From the IMG/VR virus record IMGVR_UViG_3300048589_000132, positions 1 through 41,539 of that record: a DNA stretch of 41,539 nucleotides; one strand, written 5' to 3'. Position 1 is the first letter of the stretch, and each line of letters opens with the position of its first letter. Source of the DNA: a virus (lineage: Duplodnaviria > Caudoviricetes). This document shows, piece after piece, positions 7,344-17,202 of the stretch. The notes under the pieces were generated by a model that was not told where the DNA came from, searched no databases, and saw only the letters and a list, made by a program, of their open reading frames with translations. The position numbers and the translations under genes were made by a program.

Positions 7344-8224
7344 TCAGCATCATCCATACCCAGTTTGCTTTTAAGAGGTCTTAGCGTGCGCCCAAGAGCT
7401 TCTGCGATGATCTCAGTGGTGGTATACCTATCAAGTTGTTTGCGTTTAGTAAGCCTTTCGTATTCGTCTTTGGAGATGATGATTTTTGTCTCGGGGTCAA
7501 TGGCTACCTTAAGGTTCTCCACCTCTTTCGCAAGATTGGATATTTCAGTGTCGCGTGCAGACACCAGCTCCTTGAGTTCGCGGATTTCCTTTTCAAGTCG
7601 CTCTCTATTTTGGATAGACGTTGAAAGCTCTGCCTCGTATCGAGCCGCCTCTCCCTCAGCAAAAGCAACTTTCTTCTCAAGGTCGGCAATACGGCTTTCC
7701 TGTTCATCGTACTTCTTTGCTTTATCAAAAAACTCTTGGACTTTTGACCGCACCTCTCCCTCGGGTTTCTTTATATCAACCCCTCGTTCGATGTACATCT
7801 GTGTCAACCAGTCCATATTGTTTAGTTCTTTCTTTTTCGGTCTCAGCCACCCAAGGACACCCGTAAAATTGTGGGAGTGAAGATGGCTCTTTGAACCAGT
7901 GGGATAGTTTTGCCCAAAAGCACGGAAACTTCTGCTATCACCTTCATTAAATACCGCTACGTGTCCAAAAGGTCCAATTCTGTCTCCCCAGATAACGATG
8001 TCTCCCTTTTCGGGTACACCGCTTGGCGTGTTTTCAATCCTGTCGTAATAGTCTTTTAGGTAAGTGTTCCAGATGTCCTTTGCTCCTGTTACCGCTGGAC
8101 TCTGTGGAAATCCCAACACCTCTTTGACATACTGCCTGTAAAGGTCTACACACTGGTCGCCAAAATGACCATCATAATCAATTCCTTTGCCGTCGTACTT
8201 CTTGATGAACTCATCAAATGTCAT
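7322..8224 (-). CDS. Endolysin: CHAP amidase/peptidase domain plus coiled-coil C-terminus
   Basis: GDQCVDL (catalytic Cys), GDIVIW, FGHVAVF (His), GQN motifs. Confidence 0.88.
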   Translation of the reverse strand: MTFDEFIKKYDGKGIDYDGHFGDQCVDLYRQYVKEVLGFPQSPAVTGAKDIWNTYLKDYYDRIENTPSGVPEKGDIVIWGDRIGPFGHVAVFNEGDSRSFRAFGQNYPTGSKSHLHSHNFTGVLGWLRPKKKELNNMDWLTQMYIERGVDIKKPEGEVRSKVQEFFDKAKKYDEQESRIADLEKKVAFAEGEAARYEAELSTSIQNRERLEKEIRELKELVSARDTEISNLAKEVENLKVAIDPETKIIISKDEYERLTKRKQLDRYTTTEIIAEALGRTLRPLKSKLGMDDADWKPKEE

Positions 8225-8234
8225 AAACTTTGTA

Positions 8235-8281
8235 ATGCTATCATGGCGCTACTTCGGGTTGTCAACCACGTCAGACGTGGT
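8235..8281 (-). promoter_or_regulatory. Endolysin promoter with adjacent palindrome
   Basis: TTGACA (8260-8265), TGaTAGCAT extended -10 (8235-8243), ACCACGTC-A-GACGTGGT inverted repeat (8265-8281). Confidence 0.5.
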
Positions 8282-8523
8282 CAATGCACCACCGTTAGTT
8301 GAATCAATGCACCGAGTACCGCCATTAAGATAGCCCCCACCATTCCATAGACGATCCTCTGGGTAGGCTTAAATTCTTCTTTAGTCACGTACGTGTCATC
8401 GATCTTGGTAACTAGATCGTGAATACTCGTCTTAATCTCCTCTATATCCCTCTGGATGTTTTTGATTTGTTCACTCATAACATTGAGTTTGATTTCATTT
8501 TTTTGTCCCCTTGTTTGTGTCAT
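8281..8523 (-). CDS. XhlA-like/holin-like protein (coiled coil plus C-terminal TM)
   Basis: Coiled coil, YVTKEEF motif, TM IVYGMVGAILMAVLGALI, directly upstream of the endolysin. Confidence 0.65.
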   Translation of the reverse strand: MTQTRGQKNEIKLNVMSEQIKNIQRDIEEIKTSIHDLVTKIDDTYVTKEEFKPTQRIVYGMVGAILMAVLGALIQLTVVH

Positions 8524-8713
8524 ATTTTTTCTTTAGCGTGTTGACCTCCTCTTTGAGCGCGAATAATCCTTTCGCAATCTCTGTAAGGTTTTTGATACCC
8601 AAGCTGTCAAGCCTTTCAGAAAGTTCGTCATAGTCGATACGCCATGCTTTACGTTCTGCGCGTATGTATCTTTCAAGCTCGATGATCTTTTGTTCGATTT
8701 CTTCATGTGTCAT
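8495..8713 (-). CDS. Small coiled-coil protein
   Basis: ATGA-type overlap with neighbours; heptad pattern. Confidence 0.55.
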   Translation of the reverse strand: MTHEEIEQKIIELERYIRAERKAWRIDYDELSERLDSLGIKNLTEIAKGLFALKEEVNTLKKKYDTNKGTKK

Positions 8714-9456
8714 CCTATTGTTACTCCACCCGAAAAGAATAGAGGATTGCCGCCTTCTGGTATGGTAAACGGCACATCTGCTGAGTAACTTGGTGAATTG
8801 GCAAGAGTTAGATCGTTGTTGTTGGATGTTTCGTCTAGAGCGCTGTTATTAAATCTCCAGTATCCTTTTAGATTGGCTTCGTTTCCAACTAGATGTGTAT
8901 TGTAGTTGGCTAATATTTCCCCTGAAGTTCGTATGTCATCCCACACCCTTACTTCGTCAATGAGTCCGTCAAAGAAACTAGTGCTAGGATCATTTCTTGC
9001 GCCCACCAGAAACGGTGCACCACTGTTGTACATTGATGTTTTTGAACCGCTTTGCTGTGTCCCCTGTTGACTTCCATTAAGATAAAAATCAACCGTACCA
9101 GCAGAAGCGTCATAAGCCATCGCGAGGTGATACCATGTCGCTGTTGAAGGAGTCCATGTTACAAATTTATTGGCGATGTCGCCTCCACCTCCACCGGTAC
9201 TGGAGTTGTAAAATGCAATGTAGTAAGTGCCCGCAGCCTCTTGAGTATAAAAGAACCACGATCTGTCATTACTGCCGTTATCATCCCACTTGCTTGCAAC
9301 CACCATTTCACCACCAGAGGGCAAGCTTTCAAATTTGACCCACGCCTCAACCGTAAGATCTCCAGTGATATCAAGCCCTGTCTGGTCTGCGTCTGTGCGA
9401 AAAGCATATTGCGAACTTGATGCTTCTAAATCAAGACTGTGGGTATTTGCTGCCAT
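8710..9456 (-). CDS. LamG/concanavalin A-like domain virion protein (receptor-binding candidate)
   Basis: LTVEAWVK, TWYHLAMAYD, FYLNG, FFDGLIDEVRVW, GYWRFN motifs. Confidence 0.85.
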   Translation of the reverse strand: MAANTHSLDLEASSSQYAFRTDADQTGLDITGDLTVEAWVKFESLPSGGEMVVASKWDDNGSNDRSWFFYTQEAAGTYYIAFYNSSTGGGGGDIANKFVTWTPSTATWYHLAMAYDASAGTVDFYLNGSQQGTQQSGSKTSMYNSGAPFLVGARNDPSTSFFDGLIDEVRVWDDIRTSGEILANYNTHLVGNEANLKGYWRFNNSALDETSNNNDLTLANSPSYSADVPFTIPEGGNPLFFSGGVTIG

Positions 9457-9457
9457 G

Positions 9458-10402
9458 TTAGTCTGAATACTGTGCTTGTTTGTACCTTACTTGAAGTGCT
9501 ATTAGTCTTGCGTCACCGCCCAGATCATCTTCACTCACATCACGAGTCAATTCAAGGTGTACAAGTTCCCCTGCCCCTGCACCCGTAAGCGTTACATCCC
9601 CACTCCATGCTGATATATGGATATCCCCATCGGCTATCCATGTGTCGCTCACCTCAACCGCTGTGCCGTTTGCTTGGTCGATTGCGTCATCATTTGCGAA
9701 TGACCGCCCTGCAAGTTCAAACACTACAGTCTGTGATGAGCTTCCACTTGCGGTTGTCCAGATATATCTAAATTGGACAACTCCAGCGTCCCAAGAATCG
9801 GGCATTTGAAAGTTTGCATAGCAAGATTCATCTGAGGAAGTGTCAAAGTCGAGTACGTCGTAATCAATGTCATTTGTACCCGCCTCAACTGTGGTAGATG
9901 AAGCACATCCTGCTGTAGTTGTGGGCTTTAAGAACCCTGGCATTAAGGTTATGGTTCTGTTGGGATCGGCTGAATTGACTTGAATATTTGAATCGGCATT
10001 TGGTAGATTAGCGTCCCCACCCGACACTGGAATTGCTTTGTCGTTGTCGATTGCTCCCGTTGTTTGGTCTAGTACGTTAATTAGAGAGTCAACCAAGTCG
10101 TTCCACATTCCTTGAGTTAGTACACCTTTGACTGAAGCGCCTGAATTGTGGGCTTCTGCCGATCCCCCCTCAAGTCCCCTATTGGCGAGTGGGATGGTTA
10201 ACGATCCCCCCGACACTCCCGTAGAATAGGCAAGTTCTTCACCTGCTTGACCTTCGTCAACAAGAACCATACCTGCTCCGCTTTTGGCTTGAAAGTTCGT
10301 ATCGCTTGTTAGGGGTAGTGATGTGTCACTATCGGTAATAGACGCACTAGAGGTAGTGCTTGCTGAGTTACCAATTGCGTATTTAAGTTTTGGTGCTGCC
10401 AT
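9458..10402 (-). CDS. Tail/tail-fibre structural protein
   Basis: NRGLEGGSAEAHNSGASV motif of fibre N-termini; beta-rich C-terminal domain (FQMPDSWDAG). Confidence 0.6.
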   Translation of the reverse strand: MAAPKLKYAIGNSASTTSSASITDSDTSLPLTSDTNFQAKSGAGMVLVDEGQAGEELAYSTGVSGGSLTIPLANRGLEGGSAEAHNSGASVKGVLTQGMWNDLVDSLINVLDQTTGAIDNDKAIPVSGGDANLPNADSNIQVNSADPNRTITLMPGFLKPTTTAGCASSTTVEAGTNDIDYDVLDFDTSSDESCYANFQMPDSWDAGVVQFRYIWTTASGSSSQTVVFELAGRSFANDDAIDQANGTAVEVSDTWIADGDIHISAWSGDVTLTGAGAGELVHLELTRDVSEDDLGGDARLIALQVRYKQAQYSD

Positions 10403-10485
10403 AAATAAAAAAACTCCCTCTCGGGAGCTTGCTGTCTTTTACAGATTAGCTAATTTGATAATAGGTACTTCTGACCAAAAGTCAA
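10403..10485 (-). promoter_or_regulatory. Promoter-leader-terminator element, copy A
   Basis: TTGACT-16 bp-TATTAT, AGCT-AAT-CTGT-aaaag-ACAG-CA-AGCT, terminator GCTCCC-gaga-GGGAGT plus T run, then ATTT-ATG. Confidence 0.8.
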
Positions 10486-10496
10486 TTGCTGGCAAT

Positions 10497-13400
10497 TTAA
10501 TTGATACTTGGTGCTGTGATCTTTACCGACTCTTGACCGAGTAATTTTAGTTTCGGTCTTGAGCTCGTTCTTGATTTTGCCTTTGGTGGATTGAAGGGTA
10601 CATACTTTGCTTTCTTGGCTCCTCCAGATTTCTTTGTCCTTTTACTAACTTGATCCTTAAATGCTTCAAGTGTGTTGTACCACTTGGATGCTTCTTCTGC
10701 GGACATATAGCCTAGTTTATACAAGTCCATTACGTCACCCTGTTTCTTTGTAAGAGTGCTCTTGTAATCTTTTAGTAGTTCCTTGTCGATTGTTTCGTTC
10801 CCCGACATCTTCGGTAACTTGAGGTCGCGCTGCAAAGGAATTGATTTAACTTCGTCTGATTCTTCATCGTAGTAGAAGACCTTGCGCTTACTTGATCTGA
10901 CTTGTCCATCACCACGCACTTGTTCTTTTACTTCATCATCGGCTGCGTTTTCTTCTCTTGTGGCAATGATTTTGCCGTAGGTATTTTTCCTTTCACTAGA
11001 ACTAACCGACTTCACCAATTCAGATTGACTCTCTCCGAGTGGCTTTCTTTTCTTGTCGTAGTATTCCTGCATTTCGGGCAAGTTATACTCTCCAAATAAT
11101 GCTCCTCTGACATAGTTGGTTGCAGTTTGATCTACTGGTGATCTTACTCTTCCTTTAGCCGTTTCCGATATTCCTTTACCGACTGTCTTTAGTCCTCCAA
11201 TAGTCTTTTTAATTTGAGTTCCGGCCGGTATCGTCAGTCCCGCAAGTTTCCCCAGCTCACGTTTTGCATTGTCTTGTTTTTGCTCATCCTCGCTTAATAG
11301 ACCTGGCGTAGCTGCTAAAGACTTCCCGACTTGTATAATGGGCGGTGTTGGCATTTTGCCTTCTGAGAAGTTTTGATAGAAGGGTATAAACTCCTTCCAG
11401 TCCATGCCGATTAGATTCCCTATACTGTAGAGTGCAGCAATAGAAGCTCCTGTATATCTGGCGAGTCCGGCTATGTCTTTATTTCTAACCATTCCACCCA
11501 AGAACTCTGCCTGCTTCAATCCAAATGATTGAAACTGGAACAACGTCTTTGTGATGTCGCCTGATAGAGCGACTGGCGTATCAACCTTCCCGAAAGTAAA
11601 CTGTGTATCCCTGACGATCTTCTTGGCATACTCAATGGCTTCTTCTTCACTAACGCCTTTTGCGAGTGCTTTACGCTTTGCTCCGAAGTATGCCGATCCT
11701 CGGTTGATCTTTTCTGCCATATCAAAGAATGTCCACAACACCTCGTCAACCTTCTCGGCCGCCTTCTTAACTGCGTGGAAGTTTCTATCTTGTATGATGT
11801 TGTCGTCTAATACTCCTACACGATACAACTCGTCAAGATTCTTGTTTGCCATCTTCGATGCTAATTCGGTGTAACCCCATAAAGTATATTTCTCGCCAAG
11901 CTTTGCGTAAGTGTTGACTCCCTGTGTCAAATTTCTAACTGCCGATCCGACATTCAAACCAAGCGTGGCTCTGTAAATCCATCGCCTCCCTTTACCAGTT
12001 AGATATGCTGTCGGCCGTTGACCGAACTTATACCCCACTGGTGACGACTTGATAAAGTTGTCTAGTAAGTTGTCAACCGTAGATGGTCGCATATTGATCT
12101 TACTCGCAACATTCTGTATGTACTTCTGATTCTCAAGAGGAATATCTTTAGATGATTCCTGTAATCGCTTTAGTGCGGGATCGAAGTTGTATTTTCTAGT
12201 TGCTCTTTTAACGTAGGCTTCAAGAGCTTTCCATGTGTCCTCGACATACCCCAACTGTCCTAAACGTTTCTCAAGGAATGGATCATAAACTGAACCTGGT
12301 ATGCGATTCTCAATGAGTTTCGCGACCTCGGGATCAAATTCTTTCTTGATAAAGTCTTGTTCAAAGATGTGTGTAATATAACTGGCTATACGTTTATCTT
12401 CGGGAAGTCCAAGTTTATCAGCCCATTGTTTCAAATATGTCTTTATTTCATTTGCAACCTTCAGCTCCTCGCCTTCAAGTTTGATGTCCTGTCCGTCGAG
12501 ATACTTGAAGATCCTCTGACTCGCCCCTTCCTGTGGCACTCTCTTTGCCCACTCCGTTATTCTTGGTATTTCCTCCTTTAGACTCGCCTTGTATGCTTCG
12601 TCTGCTTTTCTTAGCAATTTAGCTTCATCGCCTAAACCAATCTTATTTAACACAGGCTCGGGTGTACGAATGTAATCAAACAGATGAACCTTGCTTGTTA
12701 CGGGGATGTCTGAGCTTTTAACTACGTGCTCTACTGTATCTTTAATCTCTCTACTAATTGGTGGTGTCTTGGTGTCTAATCTCCTTAACGGCTTAGTTTG
12801 GAAACCGAAATTGGATAGTTTGTCTGGATTCTTGGCAGCAGTTAAGGCTTCTTCAAGGAATCTTGAGGTTGTCTTTATCCACAGATCGGGGTCTGTCGAT
12901 GTCGCTTTTCTGAAAGCCTTGTTGTTTACTACATCCGGTATTACCAACTCTCCAACCTCTCTAAGATTCTGTATAAATCCTATTTGATTCTCTTGTGGCA
13001 ATATTCTCCAGTTCTTGCTCGCTCCCACCAGCTCCTCGATCCGCTTCTCGTTATCAAGAGCTACTTTCATGCTTGATTTGGCAGACTTCCGGCTCGACGC
13101 AAACCCTGCTCCAAGAATGATTGGGAACTCTGCTATGTTAGCGATGTCTTTCAATCCACCTTTTGCTTGAAGCGCCTCACCCAGACCTGGCGTACTCTCA
13201 AGCGACGCACTCTTGATTGCTGCATCTGCGAGCTTCATAGGATCTCTCTCACCTTGTCCGTACTTCGTGAGTGCTCCCTTACTCGCGTTGTATGATCCAA
13301 ACAGTAAGTCTGAAGGGTCGGGTATTGAACCCAATATGTCAAAGCCCAGTCTCCCAACGTTCAAGGCTCTGGATTGGTTTGGCGTGGTTTTGGTCCCTGC

Positions 13401-13769
13401 AAATTCAATTGGTTTGGGGTTAGTAATCCCACTTAACGCTTTGGGTATGTCTTTTAGTGATTCATAGTACGTATTTTGCAAATAATTCCCGAAGCGATTA
13501 GCACCATAATCAACCGCTTGAATGGACTTTTTCAGTGGTTTTATGTTCTGTACGACGGGACTCTTTTGAAGTGATTGCGTAAGTCGGGGAATATTGAAGA
13601 CGAAGTCGTCTGCTTTTGATTGAGAGATTCTTTGTTTTGCCCCCTCAAACCCACCAGGTATCTTAGATTCCACGAACTGAGGTAATGCCCTAGCTTGTTC
13701 GACTACGTTAAGCCTAGAAAGCGTAGGTTGCAGTTTCTTTTTGTAGATTTCGATTAGGTTAAATGCCAT
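10497..13769 (-). CDS. Large internal virion/DNA-ejection-type protein
   Basis: 1090 aa, helical and Lys-rich, AKKIVRDTQFTF...FQFQSF motif seen in large podovirus ejection proteins; located after the tail nozzle gene. Confidence 0.6.
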   Translation of the reverse strand: MAFNLIEIYKKKLQPTLSRLNVVEQARALPQFVESKIPGGFEGAKQRISQSKADDFVFNIPRLTQSLQKSPVVQNIKPLKKSIQAVDYGANRFGNYLQNTYYESLKDIPKALSGITNPKPIEFAGTKTTPNQSRALNVGRLGFDILGSIPDPSDLLFGSYNASKGALTKYGQGERDPMKLADAAIKSASLESTPGLGEALQAKGGLKDIANIAEFPIILGAGFASSRKSAKSSMKVALDNEKRIEELVGASKNWRILPQENQIGFIQNLREVGELVIPDVVNNKAFRKATSTDPDLWIKTTSRFLEEALTAAKNPDKLSNFGFQTKPLRRLDTKTPPISREIKDTVEHVVKSSDIPVTSKVHLFDYIRTPEPVLNKIGLGDEAKLLRKADEAYKASLKEEIPRITEWAKRVPQEGASQRIFKYLDGQDIKLEGEELKVANEIKTYLKQWADKLGLPEDKRIASYITHIFEQDFIKKEFDPEVAKLIENRIPGSVYDPFLEKRLGQLGYVEDTWKALEAYVKRATRKYNFDPALKRLQESSKDIPLENQKYIQNVASKINMRPSTVDNLLDNFIKSSPVGYKFGQRPTAYLTGKGRRWIYRATLGLNVGSAVRNLTQGVNTYAKLGEKYTLWGYTELASKMANKNLDELYRVGVLDDNIIQDRNFHAVKKAAEKVDEVLWTFFDMAEKINRGSAYFGAKRKALAKGVSEEEAIEYAKKIVRDTQFTFGKVDTPVALSGDITKTLFQFQSFGLKQAEFLGGMVRNKDIAGLARYTGASIAALYSIGNLIGMDWKEFIPFYQNFSEGKMPTPPIIQVGKSLAATPGLLSEDEQKQDNAKRELGKLAGLTIPAGTQIKKTIGGLKTVGKGISETAKGRVRSPVDQTATNYVRGALFGEYNLPEMQEYYDKKRKPLGESQSELVKSVSSSERKNTYGKIIATREENAADDEVKEQVRGDGQVRSSKRKVFYYDEESDEVKSIPLQRDLKLPKMSGNETIDKELLKDYKSTLTKKQGDVMDLYKLGYMSAEEASKWYNTLEAFKDQVSKRTKKSGGAKKAKYVPFNPPKAKSRTSSRPKLKLLGQESVKITAPSIN

Positions 13770-13787
13770 ATGACTAAGGAGCTTCTG

Positions 13788-14867
13788 CTAAGCCCGATAG
13801 TCAGAAGCCGATCCAAATAATGTTGATAACAGGTTTTTGTCCTTGTCTTCCGCGAGTGCGACTGATTGTGTTTGCATCTCTTGATCTGGATTGATCATCG
13901 TGCCTTGGATTGAATCCAAGTTGGCCGCTGGATCAGCATAATCCTGTAGACTGGCTGTACTTGATGCGAGATTTGTCTTAGCAGCGTCTATCCTCATCTG
14001 CCAATCTACTACCGATGATTTGATCTCTGCGATCCTTTGAGATAGTGCAGCATTTGCGCTTCTTATTGCATCGGCTCTTTGTCGGTCATTGAACCTCAAA
14101 TCGGATTGAATCTTGTTTACCAAGTCTGTGTATTGCTGTTGTATTTGTGTAACCGCGTTTTTGTGTTCAGACATTTTGTTGTTGAAGAAATTGTCAAGGT
14201 CTTGCATTCGCATTCTGGTTGCTTCGACTATGTTGCCTCGTTGTTTGCCAAACTCAAGGTTTGCTTGTGATAGAAGTTCCCCACCCGCACTTGAATTTAA
14301 AATGCCCAATCCCCTAAGGATATTTCTATTCTTTCTTGTAACCGATTGAGCCGTGTCTGAAGCCTCGCCTATTTCTCTTTCTTTGGTTACATTTGCTCGT
14401 TCTCTTTGCGTACCGATCTCACCCTTCATGTTGTTCCAGACTTCCTCTAAGTATGATAGTGTGCTGTTCTTTTGTGCGTCTGCCGATGATTGCTGATTGA
14501 TTAGATTCTCTCTGTTGTAGTCGTATTCGGACAGTGCAGCTTGAAGTTCAGCATCTCTTTCGTCTCTGGCGGCTTGTTCAAGGTTTTGTCCTACGTCACC
14601 CACTGACGTGTTTGCCCCGAGTACGTCCTGTGTACCACCGCCCCCCGTGTTCGTTGTGTTGTTGGTTTTAACTAGCGACTGAACTGCTTTGGGAGTTAAG
14701 AAGTTTTGGTTTTGTCCATAATCGACATGTCCAGCCAGTGTGTTAGATAAATCTGTTGATTTGCCACCAGAATAAAAACTAGATAGTTTTTCGGTTAATC
14801 CCAAGTCGGGCAACTTGAAACCGCCCAAACTCCATGATCCTGCGTGTGGTTTGTTTATTAGTCCCAT
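13788..14867 (-). CDS. Coiled-coil internal virion/ejection protein
   Basis: Gln/Asn/Ala-rich coiled coil, RGLGILNSS motif, located between the nozzle gene and the large ejection protein. Confidence 0.55.
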   Translation of the reverse strand: MGLINKPHAGSWSLGGFKLPDLGLTEKLSSFYSGGKSTDLSNTLAGHVDYGQNQNFLTPKAVQSLVKTNNTTNTGGGGTQDVLGANTSVGDVGQNLEQAARDERDAELQAALSEYDYNRENLINQQSSADAQKNSTLSYLEEVWNNMKGEIGTQRERANVTKEREIGEASDTAQSVTRKNRNILRGLGILNSSAGGELLSQANLEFGKQRGNIVEATRMRMQDLDNFFNNKMSEHKNAVTQIQQQYTDLVNKIQSDLRFNDRQRADAIRSANAALSQRIAEIKSSVVDWQMRIDAAKTNLASSTASLQDYADPAANLDSIQGTMINPDQEMQTQSVALAEDKDKNLLSTLFGSASDYRA

Positions 14868-14956
14868 TAAATAAAAAAGGCAGTCTCTCGACTGCCTGCT
14901 TAGCTTCTATAAGATCGGCTATATTTGCATATTAGACTTCTGAATACAAAAGTCAA
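14868..14956 (-). promoter_or_regulatory. Promoter-leader-terminator element, copy B
   Basis: TTGACT-16 bp-TAATAT, AGCC-GAT-CTTA-tagaagc-TAAG-CA-GGC, terminator GGCAGTC-gaga-GACTGCC-T6, then ATTTA-ATG. Confidence 0.8.
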
Positions 14957-15258
14957 GAGAGTATCCACAGTCCATAAAAATATGTAGAGAAGTTGGACAA
15001 GACGACAAGTGAAGTCAGAGCAATAAACAGCCCCAAAGAAAATCGTATTGTCCTTGACTCTTTGTATCGTCGCTCTATCAGACCGAAGATGATCGCCGAA
15101 AGAAAAATCACAAATATCGGATATCCATATCCCTTATCAAAAAGAGACCTCATGAGTGGATTGGCTTCCGTTAAATGGTCGCCCACGAGAGAAAAGTTGA
15201 GAATGGTGGATATGTAGTCCAACACCTTAATCACAATCCATGCGATTGTAAACTTCAT
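14953..15258 (-). CDS. DUF5658-like membrane protein (moron)
   Basis: LDYIST...TEANPLM motif, three TM segments; own extended -10 (TGtTAAAAT) 5 nt before the ATG. Confidence 0.65.
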   Translation of the reverse strand: MKFTIAWIVIKVLDYISTILNFSLVGDHLTEANPLMRSLFDKGYGYPIFVIFLSAIIFGLIERRYKESRTIRFSLGLFIALTSLVVLSNFSTYFYGLWILS

Positions 15259-15278
15259 GGCTTATTTTAACACTGAGG

Positions 15279-17201
15279 TCAAGCAATCAAGTCCTCGCTC
15301 CTTCGATACCTCTCGGGTCTCGGCTTTGCCAACAGTTCACTTGCAAGTAATGTAAAGGATGCCCCCGAACTTCCATTGTCAAATGTCTTTTGGAAGTTTC
15401 TACCCTCTAAGTTTAGATTCTTCTTGGTCTTTAAAATGATGTCATCAGACGTAGTCACCGATCCGCTTCCGTAAGAATCACCAAACAAGAAGTCTTTGAA
15501 TGTGTAATGTTTAAAGTTGATAGTCGGGCTTACAGTTGATACGTTGGTCTGGTATTGTGTGCTTGTTCCATCTACAACAATGGCGAGGTTGATAGATCCT
15601 TGTGGCTCGCGTAGCACGACTGAAAAGTCTTTGAGCTTCTTGTAATTAGTTGACCCAGTCTTAAACGACTCGGCTCGTAGCTTGAATCTTCCTTGAATGG
15701 CTGTACCAAAGTCGTCGCTGCCGGATAGTATCTCTTTGACATAGCCTGAGTTGTCATCCCCATAAAGGAAGTGTGTCTCACCACCCGAATCGGTATACTT
15801 CGCCCAGCAGTTAGCTTGTATGTTTGTCCATTTAGTCCACGCCAATCTTTCACGATCATAGATTAAAGCTTCTGAGTTGTAAGTACCGCCGCTTGGTGTA
15901 TAGGCGAATATCACAAGATTTGTATTACCAGTGGTAGCGTAGGTAGCCGAAATGTTGTCGAGTCTCGTTGGTTCTATGGCCTGAAACAAACTCCTTACCT
16001 TGGCTGATATTTCATTTGTCCTGAGGATGTCGAAAGCAAACCCCGCTTCGTGTCCGAGTGAAAATACACCTCTTCTTGAAGCGAAGAATATGTCATTCTC
16101 TACGGCGATTATTGATCGTGGCGCGATACATCCCACAGCTGGATTGACTTGCTCGATCTGTGGTAGTCCGCTTGTTGTGAAACTGAAACTGTAAATAGAT
16201 TCGTCTTTAAAAACAATGAGGGAGTCCTTGAATACGATCATTCCAGTAATGACCTGACCATCGTTCTTTGCTACGTCTATAAATCCTCCTCCGCTTTCGA
16301 TTGTGAAGTCATTTATTTTATCTCCACCACCTGAATAGAAGAGCCTTGATGGATTGTCGGGATCACCCGCGATAAACAGCGAATCTTTATATAGCGCACA
16401 ATATTTACCCTTCTGACCTCCTGTTGAGTTGCCTTGCGGTGGCTGAAAAACCTCTTGAGGAGTGTCCAATCCTTTATCCACGTAAGTAACTGAAGAATTA
16501 CCCTCCAAGTATTTCATGAAGTACCATCGTCCGTCTTTGCGGCCATAGACGTTGTAACCGACTGCTCCCGTAACAGCTCCCCAAAGTACAGTCATGTAAG
16601 TAGATTCGTCTAGTTCGTCTACGTTGGCTACTTCAGAGTCTGCGTCTGATGGTGTGGTTTCGCCCACATCTGTGACTGCCGTAACCTTGTAAGAAAACGT
16701 ATACGTTCCTGTCGTGCCAGTTCTCGTAACAGAAGTGATTGTCGGTGCGCTTCGCTGTGTGAATGTGGTGATCGAAGTTCCATCGTAGTAGGTAAGATCA
16801 TCTGTACCGTTACAAACATAGAGCCTGTCGTAACCCATGACCGCCTGTGTATCAAGACCTGTTGTGTAAGTTTTGCCCGAAATATTGTCCCAATTTGATG
16901 TACTGGTATTTAGTTTCTGTAATGCCGTTCCTGCGGTTCTTACTAGCTCCCTTGTGCCATCTGATTTGTAATAGGGATAGAGTCCCACGACCTTTGTGCC
17001 AGATGAATTACCGTAGTAAATCTGACCCTCCCTGGGACACTGTACCTTGCCATCTTCCACAATCTGTACATTGGTGGCTTCTGCTAGTTCGTTATTCTTT
17101 ATTTGTGTTGGAGATACTAGGGTATTAAGACCTCTTATCCACGATTCGTTTCGCTCAATAAGTGGCTTTCGTTTTGTCTTGGGTACGTCATACTTCCTCA
17201 T
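15279..17201 (-). CDS. Tail tubular/nozzle protein (P22 gp10 / T7 gp12-like beta-propeller) with FN3-like insert
   Basis: RGLN...ATNV N-terminus, propeller repeats (DRLYVCNG, DSLFIAG..NPSRLFYS, GCIAPRSI, IFFASRRGVF), YSYKVTAV...GET / GYNVY insert. Confidence 0.75.
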   Translation of the reverse strand: MRKYDVPKTKRKPLIERNESWIRGLNTLVSPTQIKNNELAEATNVQIVEDGKVQCPREGQIYYGNSSGTKVVGLYPYYKSDGTRELVRTAGTALQKLNTSTSNWDNISGKTYTTGLDTQAVMGYDRLYVCNGTDDLTYYDGTSITTFTQRSAPTITSVTRTGTTGTYTFSYKVTAVTDVGETTPSDADSEVANVDELDESTYMTVLWGAVTGAVGYNVYGRKDGRWYFMKYLEGNSSVTYVDKGLDTPQEVFQPPQGNSTGGQKGKYCALYKDSLFIAGDPDNPSRLFYSGGGDKINDFTIESGGGFIDVAKNDGQVITGMIVFKDSLIVFKDESIYSFSFTTSGLPQIEQVNPAVGCIAPRSIIAVENDIFFASRRGVFSLGHEAGFAFDILRTNEISAKVRSLFQAIEPTRLDNISATYATTGNTNLVIFAYTPSGGTYNSEALIYDRERLAWTKWTNIQANCWAKYTDSGGETHFLYGDDNSGYVKEILSGSDDFGTAIQGRFKLRAESFKTGSTNYKKLKDFSVVLREPQGSINLAIVVDGTSTQYQTNVSTVSPTINFKHYTFKDFLFGDSYGSGSVTTSDDIILKTKKNLNLEGRNFQKTFDNGSSGASFTLLASELLAKPRPERYRRSEDLIA

Positions 17202-17202
17202 T

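Noticed and set aside
7332-7880. 182-aa plus-strand ORF opposite the endolysin
   Set aside because: Ser-rich antisense shadow of a Glu/Lys-rich coiled coil; no independent support.
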